Source of the DNA: Octopus sinensis
Lineage: Eukaryota
Assembly (NCBI RefSeq): GCF_006345805.1
Contig: NC_043006.1
Coordinates: forward strand, 73,036,001-73,100,000
DNA: 64,000 nucleotides
Reading direction: 5' to 3'
Under the pieces are notes generated by a model. The model was not told the DNA's origin and did not search any database. It saw only the letters and a list, made by a program, of their open reading frames with translations. Positions 37,029 through 49,695 of the stretch are shown here, piece by piece. The position numbers were made by a program, and so were the translations under genes. Within the stretch, counting starts at the first letter, position 1, and each line of letters starts with the position of its first letter.

Positions 37029-38484
37029 CAGAATTACATGTGTAAAGGAATATACATTTTCATAGGACTTTGAACTCGTTTTTATATTTTTCAGTGATGA
37101 CTGCACCCTCCTTTCTTTTCTTATCTTACCCATCCTACTTTCTAAAATTGACATCTTGAAAGGTCACCAGGCCCTTGTGAGAAAATGTCTTTATTTACAA
37201 ATATGTTGATAAGTATACAACGAGAAGGGGAGAGGAGGAAGAGAAAAAAGAAAAATGCTTTGTAATGAAATTTCAATGGGTTGACCACAAAAAATTGGAT
37301 ATCTATCTATCTATCCTTTCCCCCATCCTTTAACTTTTTCCCTCTTTCTTGTTTGCCCTGAAACCTTTCACTCTATTTTTCTCACCCTTCTTTGTTTTTC
37401 TTTCTCTCTTCCCCACTTCTCTGAGAAAAAAAAAAATTGTTTTTTCCTCTTCTAAACAAAGCAAAAAAAAAAATACCTGATTCATATAAATGAACAATGA
37501 AATTTGTTTTTATCAGAATTACATGTGTAAAGGAATATACATTTTCATAGGACTTTGAACTCGTTTTTATATTTTTCAGTGATGACTGCACCCTCCTTTC
37601 TTTTCTTATCTTACCCATCCTACTTTCTAAAATTGACATCTTGAAAGGTCACCAGGCCCTTGTGAGAAAATGTCTTTATTTACAAATATGTTGATAAGTA
37701 TACAACGAGAAGGGGAGAGGAGGAAGAGAAAAAAGAAAAATGCTTTGTAATGAAATTTCAATGGGTTGACCACAAAAAATTGGATATCTATCTATCTATC
37801 CTTTCCCCCATCCTTTAACTTTTTCCCTCTTTCTTGTTTGCCCTGAAACCTTTCACTCTATTTTTCTCACCCTTCTTTGTTTTTCTTTCTCTCTTCCCCA
37901 CTTTCTCTGAGAAAAAAAAAAATTGTTTTTTCCTCTTCTAAACAAAGCAAAAAAAAAAATACCTGATTCATATAAATGAACAATGAAATTTGTTTTTATC
38001 AGAATTACATGTGTAAAGGAATATACATTTTCATAGGACTTTGAACTCGTTTTTATATTTTTCAGTGATGACTGCACCCTCCTTTCTTTTCTTATCTTAC
38101 CCATCCTACTTTCTAAAATTGACATCTTGAAAGGTCACCAGGCCCTTGTGAGAAAATGTCTTTATTACAAATATGTTGATAAGTATACAACGAGAAGGGG
38201 AGAGGAGGAAGAGAAAAAAGAAAAATGCTTTGTAATGAAATTTCAATGGGTTGACCACAAAAAATTGGATATCTATCTATCTATCCTTCCCCCATCCTTA
38301 ACTTTTTCCCTCTTTCTTGTTTGCCCTGAAACCTTTCACTCTATTTTTCTCACCCTTCTTTGTTTTTCTTTCTCTCTTCCCCACTTTCTCTGAGAAAAAA
38401 AAAAATTGTTTTTTCCTCTTCTAAACAAAGCAAAAAAAAAAATACCTGATTCATATAAATGAACAATGAAATTTGTTTTTATCA
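37029..38484. repeat. Tandem triplication of a ~485-bp unit (starts 37029, 37514, 38000)
   Basis: Direct reading. The differences I could find are almost all homopolymer lengths. Confidence 0.95.
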
Positions 38485-39041
38485 TTTTGATTTTGTCTTG
38501 AGTTTGATAAATAAACGAAAGTGTTAAAGAATTATTCAAAATTCTGACTGCCTCATTTTTCTCAATCTATATATATATATAAATAAATATACATATATAC
38601 TTTTTAATTATTTTTAAAGGGCAGGAAGGTAAAAAAAAGTGACCCAAGCATTGAGTTGTTTTGTGCATGAATGACATTTGTTAAGTGGCATGCATGAAAC
38701 TTTCTCCAATTAAAAATAATTTTAAAAATGTGAGTGTGTTTGTGTACAGAGGGAAGAAGAGAGCACAGCACATTGTGTGCGGTTGATATTTATAGTTAAA
38801 CAGCTGGTGAATGAGCTACTAGCATGAAAGACACCTGAAGGATCACAGCCGTTTGCCTGTGAATGAAACATTAAGTAATACACCAGTGGGATAACTAACT
38901 GCTTGCTTATATATATTATATTAAGAAACAACTTTACATTTATTTGAAGGATTATCCCGTAGTTTTGGAGTACAAACTTATTATTCTTTAATAAGAATAG
39001 CACTGAATGACTTTGAAGTTTTGGCAAGCAAAGTCATCATT

Positions 39042-39082
<41 letters not shown>

Positions 39083-42000
39083 TGCAAGTTTATCAAGGTG
39101 ATCTATCAAGTGAAAAATAAAACAGAAATTGCAAGATCTTTCAATGCATTCAAAATGTAAGACAAAAAAAAAAGTATTCACAAAAAATTAACCCCAACAT
39201 CAAAAGCAAAAAGAATATTCAAACCTACAAACCTAAAGGGATTGAGTATTGGATGAGCAAGTGTGTTTCCATGAAAGTGTGTGTGTATGTGCATACACAT
39301 CTATATGTAATCATGGTGATAATGATGAATGCCAAACAACATTAACTAACAACAGCATGTATAAGGTAGAAGGGAAACATAGGAAGTACAACAATGATTT
39401 GGGAAACAAGAAAAACTAAGAATGAAACAATAACTTGGTTGGGTGGCTGCTATCAACATCAAGTATGCTGTCACGGTTATCTCTAAAAGGGTTATTAAAT
39501 AAACAAATTAAGTGAAGAGAAGGTTGTGGTGGAAGTAAAGCTGCAAGTGAAACAAAATAGAAGAAATACTCATTGATCCAAGAACTTGAAACCGGTTCCA
39601 GGAGAACACAATGGTTCACTCTGTAGAATTAATGGCAGAGCTATAAAAACAATTTGTAAATATGGAGAGGAATTAAAAAACAACAATAGAAAAATACCCA
39701 AATGTTCAGGCACAGGTATAGTTAACAAGAGCAGGTAGGGCCGCATGGTTAAGAAGTTTGCTTCTCAACTATGTGGTTTCAGGTTCATTCTTTGTGAACA
39801 GCACCTTCTAATATAGATCCAAGCCAACCAAAGCCCTGTGACTACATTTGGCAAACAGAAACAGAAAGCAACCTATCTTGTATGTGAGTGTGTGTGCGTG
39901 CATGTGCATTATCAGTTGTCTGTAAGTTTGAAAAAAAAAAGCACACTCAATATGAGGAATCAATCAGTAAAACAAAACCATTTAAATCCAAGATTTATTT
40001 ATGTTTAACAACTGAATGAATTTAATAAAAGCATCTAAATAGGAAACATCGTGAAAATTGTTCAAACTGAAGTCCTTGAGTGACACAGTTTTCCATTTGA
40101 ATCAATACAGAATTACAGATAGTATTTATGGAATTTTGATTTACTGCCGGGTGACTTTTGGCCAACCCTGTATAAATATATACTGAGCAGACCAATAATT
40201 GAAGGCATTCCAGTCATGACCACATCACCTCTTTTTGATGGATATGTTATATAGAACCACATTGGTTAATGCAGGCCTTTCTGCTTTTATAATGATAGCG
40301 TATGATTTAAGGACGATTTAGCTGCTAGTTTTAGCAAGTTGTGTGGCTATGCAGAGGCTCCTTTGTTGATTTAGCAGGTACCATGTTCAATTTGTAGGTA
40401 ACAGCTGCTGAACAGGGAAACTAAGGGTACAACAAAATATACATCAGTATAAATTGTTGTTTATACCCAAGTCAGCTCTTACTTTAACATAGTAGGGTGT
40501 CATTTGAGTGAGATTTGGCTCCTATTTCTAGAGGATTTTAGTAAGTTCAAGGCATTCTTTTATAATTTACAATGGTACTTACAGCTAGAGCTACATATAG
40601 ATGTAGCTCTTCATAAAATATAAACAGATGAAAGACAGCTTTATCCCTGGATAAGACATTAGTCTACCAGAGTTAACCTACTCCAGGGTGAGTCCTGGCT
40701 ACATTCTTTAGTGAAGTAAACTGAAGCAGTGCTAAACACTGTTTTCCCCAATATATAATCTTCCTAACTCAAGAACCAGTTATCTAGAACTTTAACAACC
40801 CACATCCAAGTTATTTGGCTTTCACTGAAGGGCATGGTTACTTTCCAATTATGCGGTTTCAGACTCAGTCCCAGTGTGGTATCTTGAGAAAATGTCCTTT
40901 AAGATAGTCCTGGGTTAACCATAGTCATGTGGATGAATTAGGCAGATGGTAAGAAACCCATAGTGTGTGTGTGTGTGACGTATGCATATTGATTTAGTGC
41001 CCACTTTTTCATGGGTCAGACACTTTATTGAAGTGGATTTTTTATGACTGGATGCCCTTCCTGCTGCCAACACTTGTTTTCAGGCAAGGGAATATTTCTC
41101 CGACCTCATTATTATTTAGTGTCTGTTTTCCATGCTAGCATGGGCAAGACAGTTTGAATGGGGCCAGTAAGCCAGAGAGCTGCACAGGGTGCCTGTCCAT
41201 TTTGACTTGGTTTCTACAGCTGGATGCCCTTCCTATCACCAACCACACCACATAGTGTACTGAGTGTCCTATACACGCGTCACTGGCACTGGCCACGACT
41301 ACGCTTCCACTTAGATTGATGTGTCTTCTCAAGCAGAGCAAACTGCCAAACGTCTTTTTGCAGAATACTAGAACTAACTGACGTTCATTTACAACAATCA
41401 AATGATGTCAAGACAAGGAGACACAAACATATATATGATGGGCTGCTTTCAGTTTCTGTCCACCAAATCTACATACAAGGTGTGAGTTTTCCTGGGGCTA
41501 TTGTAGAAGACATCTGCCCAAGGTGCCATGCAATGGGACTGAATCTGAAACCTTGTGGTTGGGAAGCAAATTTCTTAACTAGACAGCCTTGCCTGCATCT
41601 GTATGTGTGCACATGTGTGTATGGGCATGTGTCTGTGTGTTTGTTTACTTTGTGCTTCATGAAAGTAACCAGGCTATGAGCAGTGCTCTTGCTATAATTT
41701 CTCCCATCAATAAATCATCTGCTTGGTCGATAGCTTTGAAGAGACATATAAAATGAGAGACTAAAGCACCTTTCGAGTGTTGGGCCTCACGGAGGCAATG
41801 ACAAATGGCTGAGACCTTTGGCAATATGCCATGCTTGAGAAGAAGACCCATCAAGCCAAGTGAAATGGTAGATGTGACAGATACTGGTGCCACGCAACTG
41901 GCACCCATGCCACAGGGATATAAAAGCACCTGTCACACTCTCAGAGTGGTTGGTGTCAGGAAAGGCATCCAGCCATAGAAACCATGCCAAATCAGACTGG

Positions 42001-42329
42001 AGCCTGGTGCAGCTCCTCAGCTTGCCAGCCCGTGCCAACATGGACAAAGGATGTTAAATGATGATAATGATGACTGTAAGAGCTTTTTGCTGTAAAATAA
42101 TACCTCAATAATATATTCACATAACCCATGCTAGCATGGAAAAACAGATGTTAAAATGAAATGAACAACAAAGGCGACCAGATACTTCTTTTCAGATCAG
42201 ATAACCAAGTCCAATACAATAAATATGCCTTGTGGTACTTGATCCTATCTATGTCAGTTTCAGGTTAGTCTTGATTAGATAAATTTGGCAAATCTTATTC
42301 ATTTCTGCAATGTCATTATAGCACTCGAG

Positions 42330-42394
<65 letters not shown>

Positions 42395-42395
<1 letters not shown>

Positions 42396-43736
42396 GTGTG
42401 GGTGTGCATGTGCGTGTGTGCACATGCATGTATCTCTCTCTCTCTCTCTTTACCAATGTGTTGAGCACTGATTCTCATTGTTTGACATTTACATATATAT
42501 ATACATGTGTGTATGTGTGTATATATATCATTAATATTTCAATAGCTTAGTCAGAGATGTTAATGACTCTTTTCAAGGTCTCCATGACTTGTAAGAAGAA
42601 AAAGAAATTATCTACTACAGCTCAGAGGCACCAATTCCAAATGTTTGTGACATAGTAGAGTAGACTCTGCTGAAAGCACCCAAAATCCAGGTGGTGATGT
42701 TAAATGTTAAACTGGGAAATAAATTAAGTCTGCTGCCCAAGGACGAAATGGTTCTTTTTGAAGGATTACATACAGTTTCTGTCAACTGAATTTCACTCCA
42801 AACTCTTTGATTAATCTAAGGATGTGAGAGAAGATGCTTACCTAAAGTGGAACACAAGATTGAATCAGAAACCACACAGTTGCAATATGAACTTCTTAAC
42901 CACACAACCACGCTTGTACCCAGCCATCACAAGAATATGAGCTTCTAAATGTGTGTGTGTGTGTGTGTGATTATCATTATCATTTAATGTCTGTTTTCTA
43001 TGCTGGCATGGCTTGGATGGTTTGACTGAAGATTGGCAAGCAAGTAGGCTGCACCAGGCTTCAATCTGACCTGGCAAGGTTTCTACTGAAGACTGGCAAG
43101 CAAGTAGGCTGCACCAGGCTTCAATCTGACCTGGCAAGGTTTCTACAGCTAGATGCCCTTCCTAACACCAACCACTCTGAGAGTGTAGTAGGTGATTTAT
43201 ATGTATCACAGACATGGGATCCAATCAGGTGGCACTGGCATCGACCATGTTCGGATGGTGCCTTTTATGTGCTACCGCCATGGGAGCTAGTCGGGGGGCA
43301 CTGGCACCAACCTCATTCAGATGGTGCCTTTTATGTGCCACTGGAACAGGGAGTCAGTCAGGGGGCCACCGACATCGACAACATTCGGATGGTGCCTTTT
43401 ATATGCCACTTGCACAGGGAGCCAGTCAGGCGACATTGGCATAGACCCACACGTGAATGGTGCTTATTATGTTCCACTGGAATGGGTACCAGTTAAGCGG
43501 CACTGGCATTGGCCATGACTACGATTTCACTTGGCTCAAGAGGTCTTCTCAAGCACAGTGTATCGCCCAATGATTCAAGTGTACTTGTAAATGGGCTGGT
43601 TATGCGACACTAGTATCGGCCATGGTTACGATCTCACTTTACTTACCGGGTCTTCTCAATCACAGAATATATAAGATATCTCATATTTGTTATTGATAGA
43701 GGATGCGCAGATTGCACATACTCCCTCAACCTGTGG

Positions 43737-43787
<51 letters not shown>

Positions 43788-45125
43788 CGTGTGGGTGTGC
43801 ATGTGCGTGTGTGCACATGCATGTATCTCTCTCTCTCTCTCTTTACCAATGTGTTGAGCACTGATTCTCATTGTTTGACATTTACATATATATACATGTG
43901 TGTATGTGTGTATATATATCATTAATATTTCAATAGCTTAGTCAGAGATGTTAATGACTCTTTTCAAGGTCTCCATGACTTGTAAGAAGAAAAAGAAATT
44001 ATCTACTACAGCTCAGAGGCACCAATTCCAAATGTTTGTGACATAGTAGAGTAGACTCTGCTGAAAGCACCCAAAATCCAGGTGGTGATGTTAAATGTTA
44101 AACTGGGAAATAAATTAAGTCTGCTGCCCAAGGACGAAATGGTTCTTTTTGAAGGATTACATACAGTTTCTGTCAACTGAATTTCACTCCAAACTCTTTG
44201 ATTAATCTAAGGATGTGAGAGAAGATGCTTACCTAAAGTGGAACACAAGATTGAATCAGAAACCACACAGTTGCAATATGAACTTCTTAACCACACAACC
44301 ACGCTTGTACCCAGCCATCACAAGAATATGAGCTTCTAAATGTGTGTGTGTGTGTGTGTGATTATCATTATCATTTAATGTCTGTTTTCTATGCTGGCAT
44401 GGCTTGGATGGTTTGACTGAAGATTGGCAAGCAAGTAGGCTGCACCAGGCTTCAATCTGACCTGGCAAGGTTTCTACTGAAGACTGGCAAGCAAGTAGGC
44501 TGCACCAGGCTTCAATCTGACCTGGCAAGGTTTCTACAGCTAGATGCCCTTCCTAACACCAACCACTCTGAGAGTGTAGTAGGTGATTTATATGTATCAC
44601 AGACATGGGATCCAATCAGGTGGCACTGGCATCGACCATGTTCGGATGGTGCCTTTTATGTGCTACCGCCATGGGAGCTAGTCGGGGGGCACTGGCACCA
44701 ACCTCATTCAGATGGTGCCTTTTATGTGCCACTGGAACAGGGAGTCAGTCAGGGGGCCACCGACATCGACAACATTCGGATGGTGCCTTTTATATGCCAC
44801 TTGCACAGGGAGCCAGTCAGGCGACATTGGCATAGACCCACACGTGAATGGTGCTTATTATGTTCCACTGGAATGGGTACCAGTTAAGCGGCACTGGCAT
44901 TGGCCATGACTACGATTTCACTTGGCTCAAGAGGTCTTCTCAAGCACAGTGTATCGCCCAATGATTCAAGTGTACTTGTAAATGGGCTGGTTATGCGACA
45001 CTAGTATCGGCCATGGTTACGATCTCACTTTACTTACCGGGTCTTCTCAATCACAGAATATATAAGATATCTCATATTTGTTATTGATAGAGGATGCGCA
45101 GATTGCACATACTCCCTCAACCTGT

Positions 45126-45127
<2 letters not shown>
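42395..45127. repeat. Tandem duplication of a ~1.39-kb unit (42395-43736; 43788-45127) bounded by (TA)n tracts
   Basis: Identical ORFs offset by 1391 nt in the track, confirmed by reading. Confidence 0.95.
42968..43665 (-). mobile_element. RTE-type 3' end with internal ~63-bp tandem units (copy 1; duplicated at ~44360-45056)
   Basis: (CAT)n-like tail, ggatgcccttcctaac..aaccact core, repeated ggtgcctttta.gtgcca units and gtcttctcaagcacag ORF-end-like motif. Confidence 0.7.
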
Positions 45128-45160
<33 letters not shown>

Positions 45161-45999
45161 GTTATTGCCAGTGCTGGTGGCATGTAAAAAGTACCATCCA
45201 AACATAGTCGATGCCAGCCCCTCTGTCCCAGCTGGCTCCTGTGACAGCAGCACGTAAAAAGCACCAGCTGAACATGACTGATGCCAGTGTTGCCTGACTG
45301 GATCCTGTGCCGGTGGCATGTAAAAAGCACCCACTACACCCTCAGACTGGTTGACATTAGGAAGGGTATCCAGCTGTAGAAACATTGCTACATCAGTCCT
45401 CATCCACTGAGGACTGTAAACAAACTGCAAGTTGTGACTCATGCAAACTCAGCCATGTGTTAACAGTATTGATTAAATTTCTTTACTTTATTGCAATTCA
45501 CACCAGTTTGAATCCAAAGCTGCTTCTCTAAAGGAAATAGCGTTATGTTAGTGGTAGGCTCAAAAAAATAAAAAGAAAAAAAAGAAAAGTACTCCATCTA
45601 GTGAGAGATATCATTTAATAAACATAGGATTTACACACGAACTATTGCCAGTTTCATAACCACACTTATTTTGAGCCTGAATGATTGCAGGATTGCATAC
45701 AACACACTATACAAGCTTGTAATATCCAAGCATGAAACCTTATAGTAGCTCAGTTTTAATTCCTGTGTTTATTAAATATCCATCTATCTGTGTATGTATC
45801 AATCTATCATCATCATCACTTAAAGTCCATTGTCCATGGTGGCATGGGTTGGATGGTTTGATTGGGCTGGCACGATTTGGCATGGTTTTCTACAACTGGA
45901 TGCCCTTCCTAACATCAACCACTCCATGAGTATAAGAAGGTGCTTTTATGTGCCACCAGCATGGGTACCATTTGCGTGACACCAGGGTGCGTTTACATG

Positions 46000-46150
46000 G
46001 CATGCTGAAAATGCACAAAAAATAGACTCCATCAACTGCCAGGGGGACAAGCTCGAGGTAGTAGATAGCTTCCACCACCTAGGTGACCAAGCCAGCAGTG
46101 GAGGTAGATGCTCTGAGAGTGCAACTGCGAGAACAAAACCAGGCTAGGCA
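46000..46150 (+). mobile_element. RTE LINE internal fragment (post-RT region)
   Basis: Translates KLEVVDSFHHLGDQASSGGRCSESATAR, similar to the RTE motif LEVVDSFCYLGD.ISSGGGCSES..AR. Confidence 0.65.
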
Positions 46151-47149
46151 AAGCTCAGAGAGCCCCCAACCCTGCTGGCAACATATGTGGGGTGAGGTGG
46201 GCATACACATTCATCTACACTTTGGCATCCTTGTATTAGACAGCTTTGAATCACCAATTTCTTTCGTCCCTTTCACCTGTCATTTCTGCTTGACTGCTGC
46301 TCATTCTTTAGCTGTCAATAACCCCCACCTCACATACACACCAATTTTCCTGCTCTTTCCTTCCCGTTGCATTTACTCTAAAATAAAAATAAAAAAAAAT
46401 ACGACCACTTTAATTCCTTTCCCACTTTTGGTCGCCACTTTCTTTCTCCTCTGCATCATGTGTAATGCCTAACTTTTAACCTTTTAAATTAAGTATTTCA
46501 TCTTGGATTGTACTCTTTCCCCAAACACTTTACCAATTTTTCCATATCTTCTGATTTTATGGATTTTTTTAAAACAATTTCTTTGACTTTTCTTCAGAAT
46601 TTAAGCATTTTTCTCTCATTTTCAAATTTTGCTATCATACTTCTGTTGAAATACATGGCCCTTGTTTTGATTAATAGTGACAATAGTGAAGAATTTAGTA
46701 CAATGACAAAAGTACAATTCAGAACTGACATTAAGCCGAGGTTTGCAACATAAATTAACATGAAATTTTGATAGAAGGTTTAATTTAGATCATTTTAAAA
46801 CGGGAAATTTGTACCATGGAACCAGAGTTGGTCTTGGGTAGGTTGGTATCAAGAGATATACTTCCTTTTTTTTGTTCTGAACCTGCACACCTGAAGAAAA
46901 AAACGTTTTCCCACCTCACTGTTTTTGCACATGTATCAATAACACCTTCCATTTTGTTCTTGCCATCTCAAGGGCTTCATCTCAATACCTCTATTCCCAC
47001 TCTCACACACATATGCTCTTACTTCCTCGCATAAATGTTTTCATTCTACCTACATAACGATTACATACCCCCACCCACAATTCCACTGATCAATGACTTG
47101 TACACTTGTACAAGTCATTGTACATTTGTACACATCTACACACATACAA

Positions 47150-47560
47150 GCACAGGTGTGGCCATGTAGTAGGAAGCTTGCTTCCCAACCACATGGTTCC
47201 ATGTTCAGTCCCAATGTGTGGAACCTTGGGCAGCTGCCTTCTACTATAGTCTCGGGCCAACCAAAACCTTGTGAGTGGATTTGGTAGATGGAAACTGAAA
47301 GAAGCCTGTTGTAAATATTTATTTCTATGAGTGTGCGTGTGTGTCTTTGTGTCTGTGCTTGTCCCCTGCCATCATTTGACAGCCAGTGTTGGTGTGTGTA
47401 CGTCCCCTACAACTTAGCAGTTTGGCAAAAGATATTGACAGAGTAAGTACCATGCTTTAAAAAAATGAAATATTGGGGTCAATTTGTTCGACTAAAAATT
47501 CTTCAAGGCGATGCCCCAGCATGGCTGCAGTCTTGTGACTGAAACAAATAAGAGATAGAG
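47150..47560 (+). mobile_element. Bipartite tRNA-derived SINE (diverged)
   Basis: Family consensus motifs in the expected order. Confidence 0.7.
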
Positions 47561-48392
47561 ATAAAAGATACATACACCACGCTAACACATGCATCTACCC
47601 ACCACCAGTATATCTGCTTCCAGACACAGATACATTCTGATATATATGCATCTACACAACTTGCCTTTTCTTCCTTTCTTAACTCCCTCTCCCCACATAG
47701 AACATTTGGTTTCTAACCATTTGCCTTCCTCTTCTTTTTATACACTATTCCCACGCCCCTCTCTCACAATTTCTCTTTTCTTTTGATGAAGAACTGAAGT
47801 CCAAAACGTTTGGACACTGTCTCTCTATTGAAGTATTCAACTAATAACATTTTGCCCTCTCTCTGTTGCTGTCCTTTGTAATGTTTATTGTCTTTACATC
47901 ATGTATATTGTTAATCGACTATTGTGGTCAATAAAGCCTAACCTAGCACTTTCATGCGAGATCTGAGGCCCAAAGTCAGATGTGCAACTGTGGCTGCATA
48001 CTAGATGCACGATGAAACGCTCTGCTGTATTAGCTCATTACCACACACACTTCTCCCTTGGCTCACTCATGTCTTTCATTTTTGTAGGCTTCCATTCCGT
48101 TGCAAATTGCTTCCTTCCATTCAGACATGACGGTGGCTGTGATTTCCCATTGCATGTGTGTGAGTGAATATGTGCATGTTGAATGTGTGTGTCTGTAAAA
48201 AGGGCATAAAAGAACACTGAGAAACAAACAGAAATTTTTGGTGACATTTCCTGTCAACAAATTGTCCAGCGTCAGAAAAGACATCCGGTTATGAAACAAA
48301 TTCTTCGGTAATATGCAATTTGTCTAACCCACACCAGTATGGCAAAATACAGCAATAAAACAAAAACGAATAAAATTGTTGCGGTTACTTAC

Positions 48393-48974
48393 CTGGTTTT
48401 GAGAATTTTGGTACTCATCTTTATTTAATACACTGATGTTGGTTAACAGACTGCCCAGCAGGCTTTCCAGTTCGTTAATTTGCGTTAGAAGAAGAGTATT
48501 ATTGTTAAAGATGTCACCAAGGACCATGCTGCAGTCATGGCTAAAGTGTTCGTATGTCGTGTTTTTGAGTGAGTTGGCAAATGCATCAACCAAACAGGTA
48601 CCAGCCTCATTGAAATTTGTCTGCATTTCTTTGAACCGTTCAATACTGTCCCAGCAGTTTTGTGGTTCCGAATAAAAATTGTGGTCAACAGGAAAAATAG
48701 AGGTTTGCTGTTTCCCACTGGTGACAGTAGTAGTAGTAGTAGTAGGAGCTGTAATGGCAGTAGTCGCAGTTGTGCTGAGAGTACCAGCTGCAGCTGTACA
48801 TATGGTACCAGTTGTTGCTGCTACTGACATAGCAGCAGTAGTAGTTGTCGTCGTCGTAATTGTAGTAGTAGCAGCAGTAATGGTGCCTAGATTTGGGGTG
48901 CCGGTGATATCGGAAGGGATCTTAGTTTCAGGGGGAAATGGTAAATGCTGATGATGCTGATGTAAGTTTGCCAT
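48393..48974 (-). CDS. GARRE1: GARRE1/KIAA0355-like protein, coding exon 1 (start codon, poly-Thr tract, first half of DUF4745-like helical region)
   Basis: ATG at 48974 in strong context (AATATGG), with in-frame TAA at 48998-48996 and no AG between them. Donor CAG|GTAAGT (GT 48392-48391), phase 0. AGTCLVDAFANSLKNTTY resembles recalled human GARRE1 ASTFLTDLFSTVFRNSHY. Confidence 0.8.
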
Positions 48975-49333
48975 ATTTTCGGTTGATAATGACAATTATG
49001 CATACACATATATACACATATACATACACACACACTGTGACTTAGACATACCAAATTAATATTATGAACCTTGTATAAGAAAAAAAAAGTAAAGAAAGGA
49101 TGCTCTGAAAGTAATTGTGTGGATGGATGGATGGAGATTATTTCATATATAGATATATATAATATATATAAGTATATACGTAAATATTTATTTATATAGG
49201 GTAAGAGAGAGAAAGAGAGAGAGAGGCATTTCTTTTAGATATATAGAAATATATATTTTTACACATATATTTATATATACATATATTTATATATATATGT
49301 GTATTATATATATACATAAATTTATATATTTAC

Positions 49334-49695
49334 TTGCGGGGATGTAAAAGGCACACTATGGGAGTAAAGTGACCACAATGACATCTAAGCAACAGCTCAA
49401 TATCATTGTAGTGCTAAGATGCTTTTATGCCATGCATGGCTGCTGTGGTGAAGCAGTGGATGTGCAAACTAGACTGCAGCAGTGACAATGTCTGCTCCTG
49501 CGGTGGCCGTTGCTTCTGTTCTCCTGACAACTGCAGGTAGTACTGGTTGTGATATTGCTGCTGGCTCTCTGGTTGTCTTGGCTGGAGCTGGCATACACTT
49601 GCTAGGGTAAAAATAACCAAGAGGAGGTGTACCATCTCCATTAGGCTCCCTGTCCAAGGGAGACATAATTGGGTTCCCCTGCTTCAGTTATGAAT
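49334..49695 (-). other. Probable 5' leader (non-coding) exon of the GARRE1-like gene with two overlapping uORFs (49666-49469, 49641-49414)
   Basis: Strong acceptor ttttctttgtttttgcag| at 49696. Unique, GC-richer sequence. Candidate donor CAA|GTAAAT (49333) and downstream acceptor gtcacag| (49035) bracket a ~300-nt TA-rich intron. Confidence 0.45.

Noticed and set aside
37382-38539. Repeated 85-90 aa ORFs
   Set aside because: By-products of the 485-bp triplication, with low-complexity composition and frames broken by homopolymer indels.
43170-43520. Regularly spaced repeats resembling a CRISPR array
   Set aside because: Degenerate tandem units with homologous spacers inside a retroelement 3' region, in a eukaryotic context with no cas genes.
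48679-48951. Plus-strand Val/Ala-rich, membrane-like ORF (also 34339-34774 plus-strand ORFs)
   Set aside because: Antisense shadows of GARRE1 exons with trinucleotide repeats.
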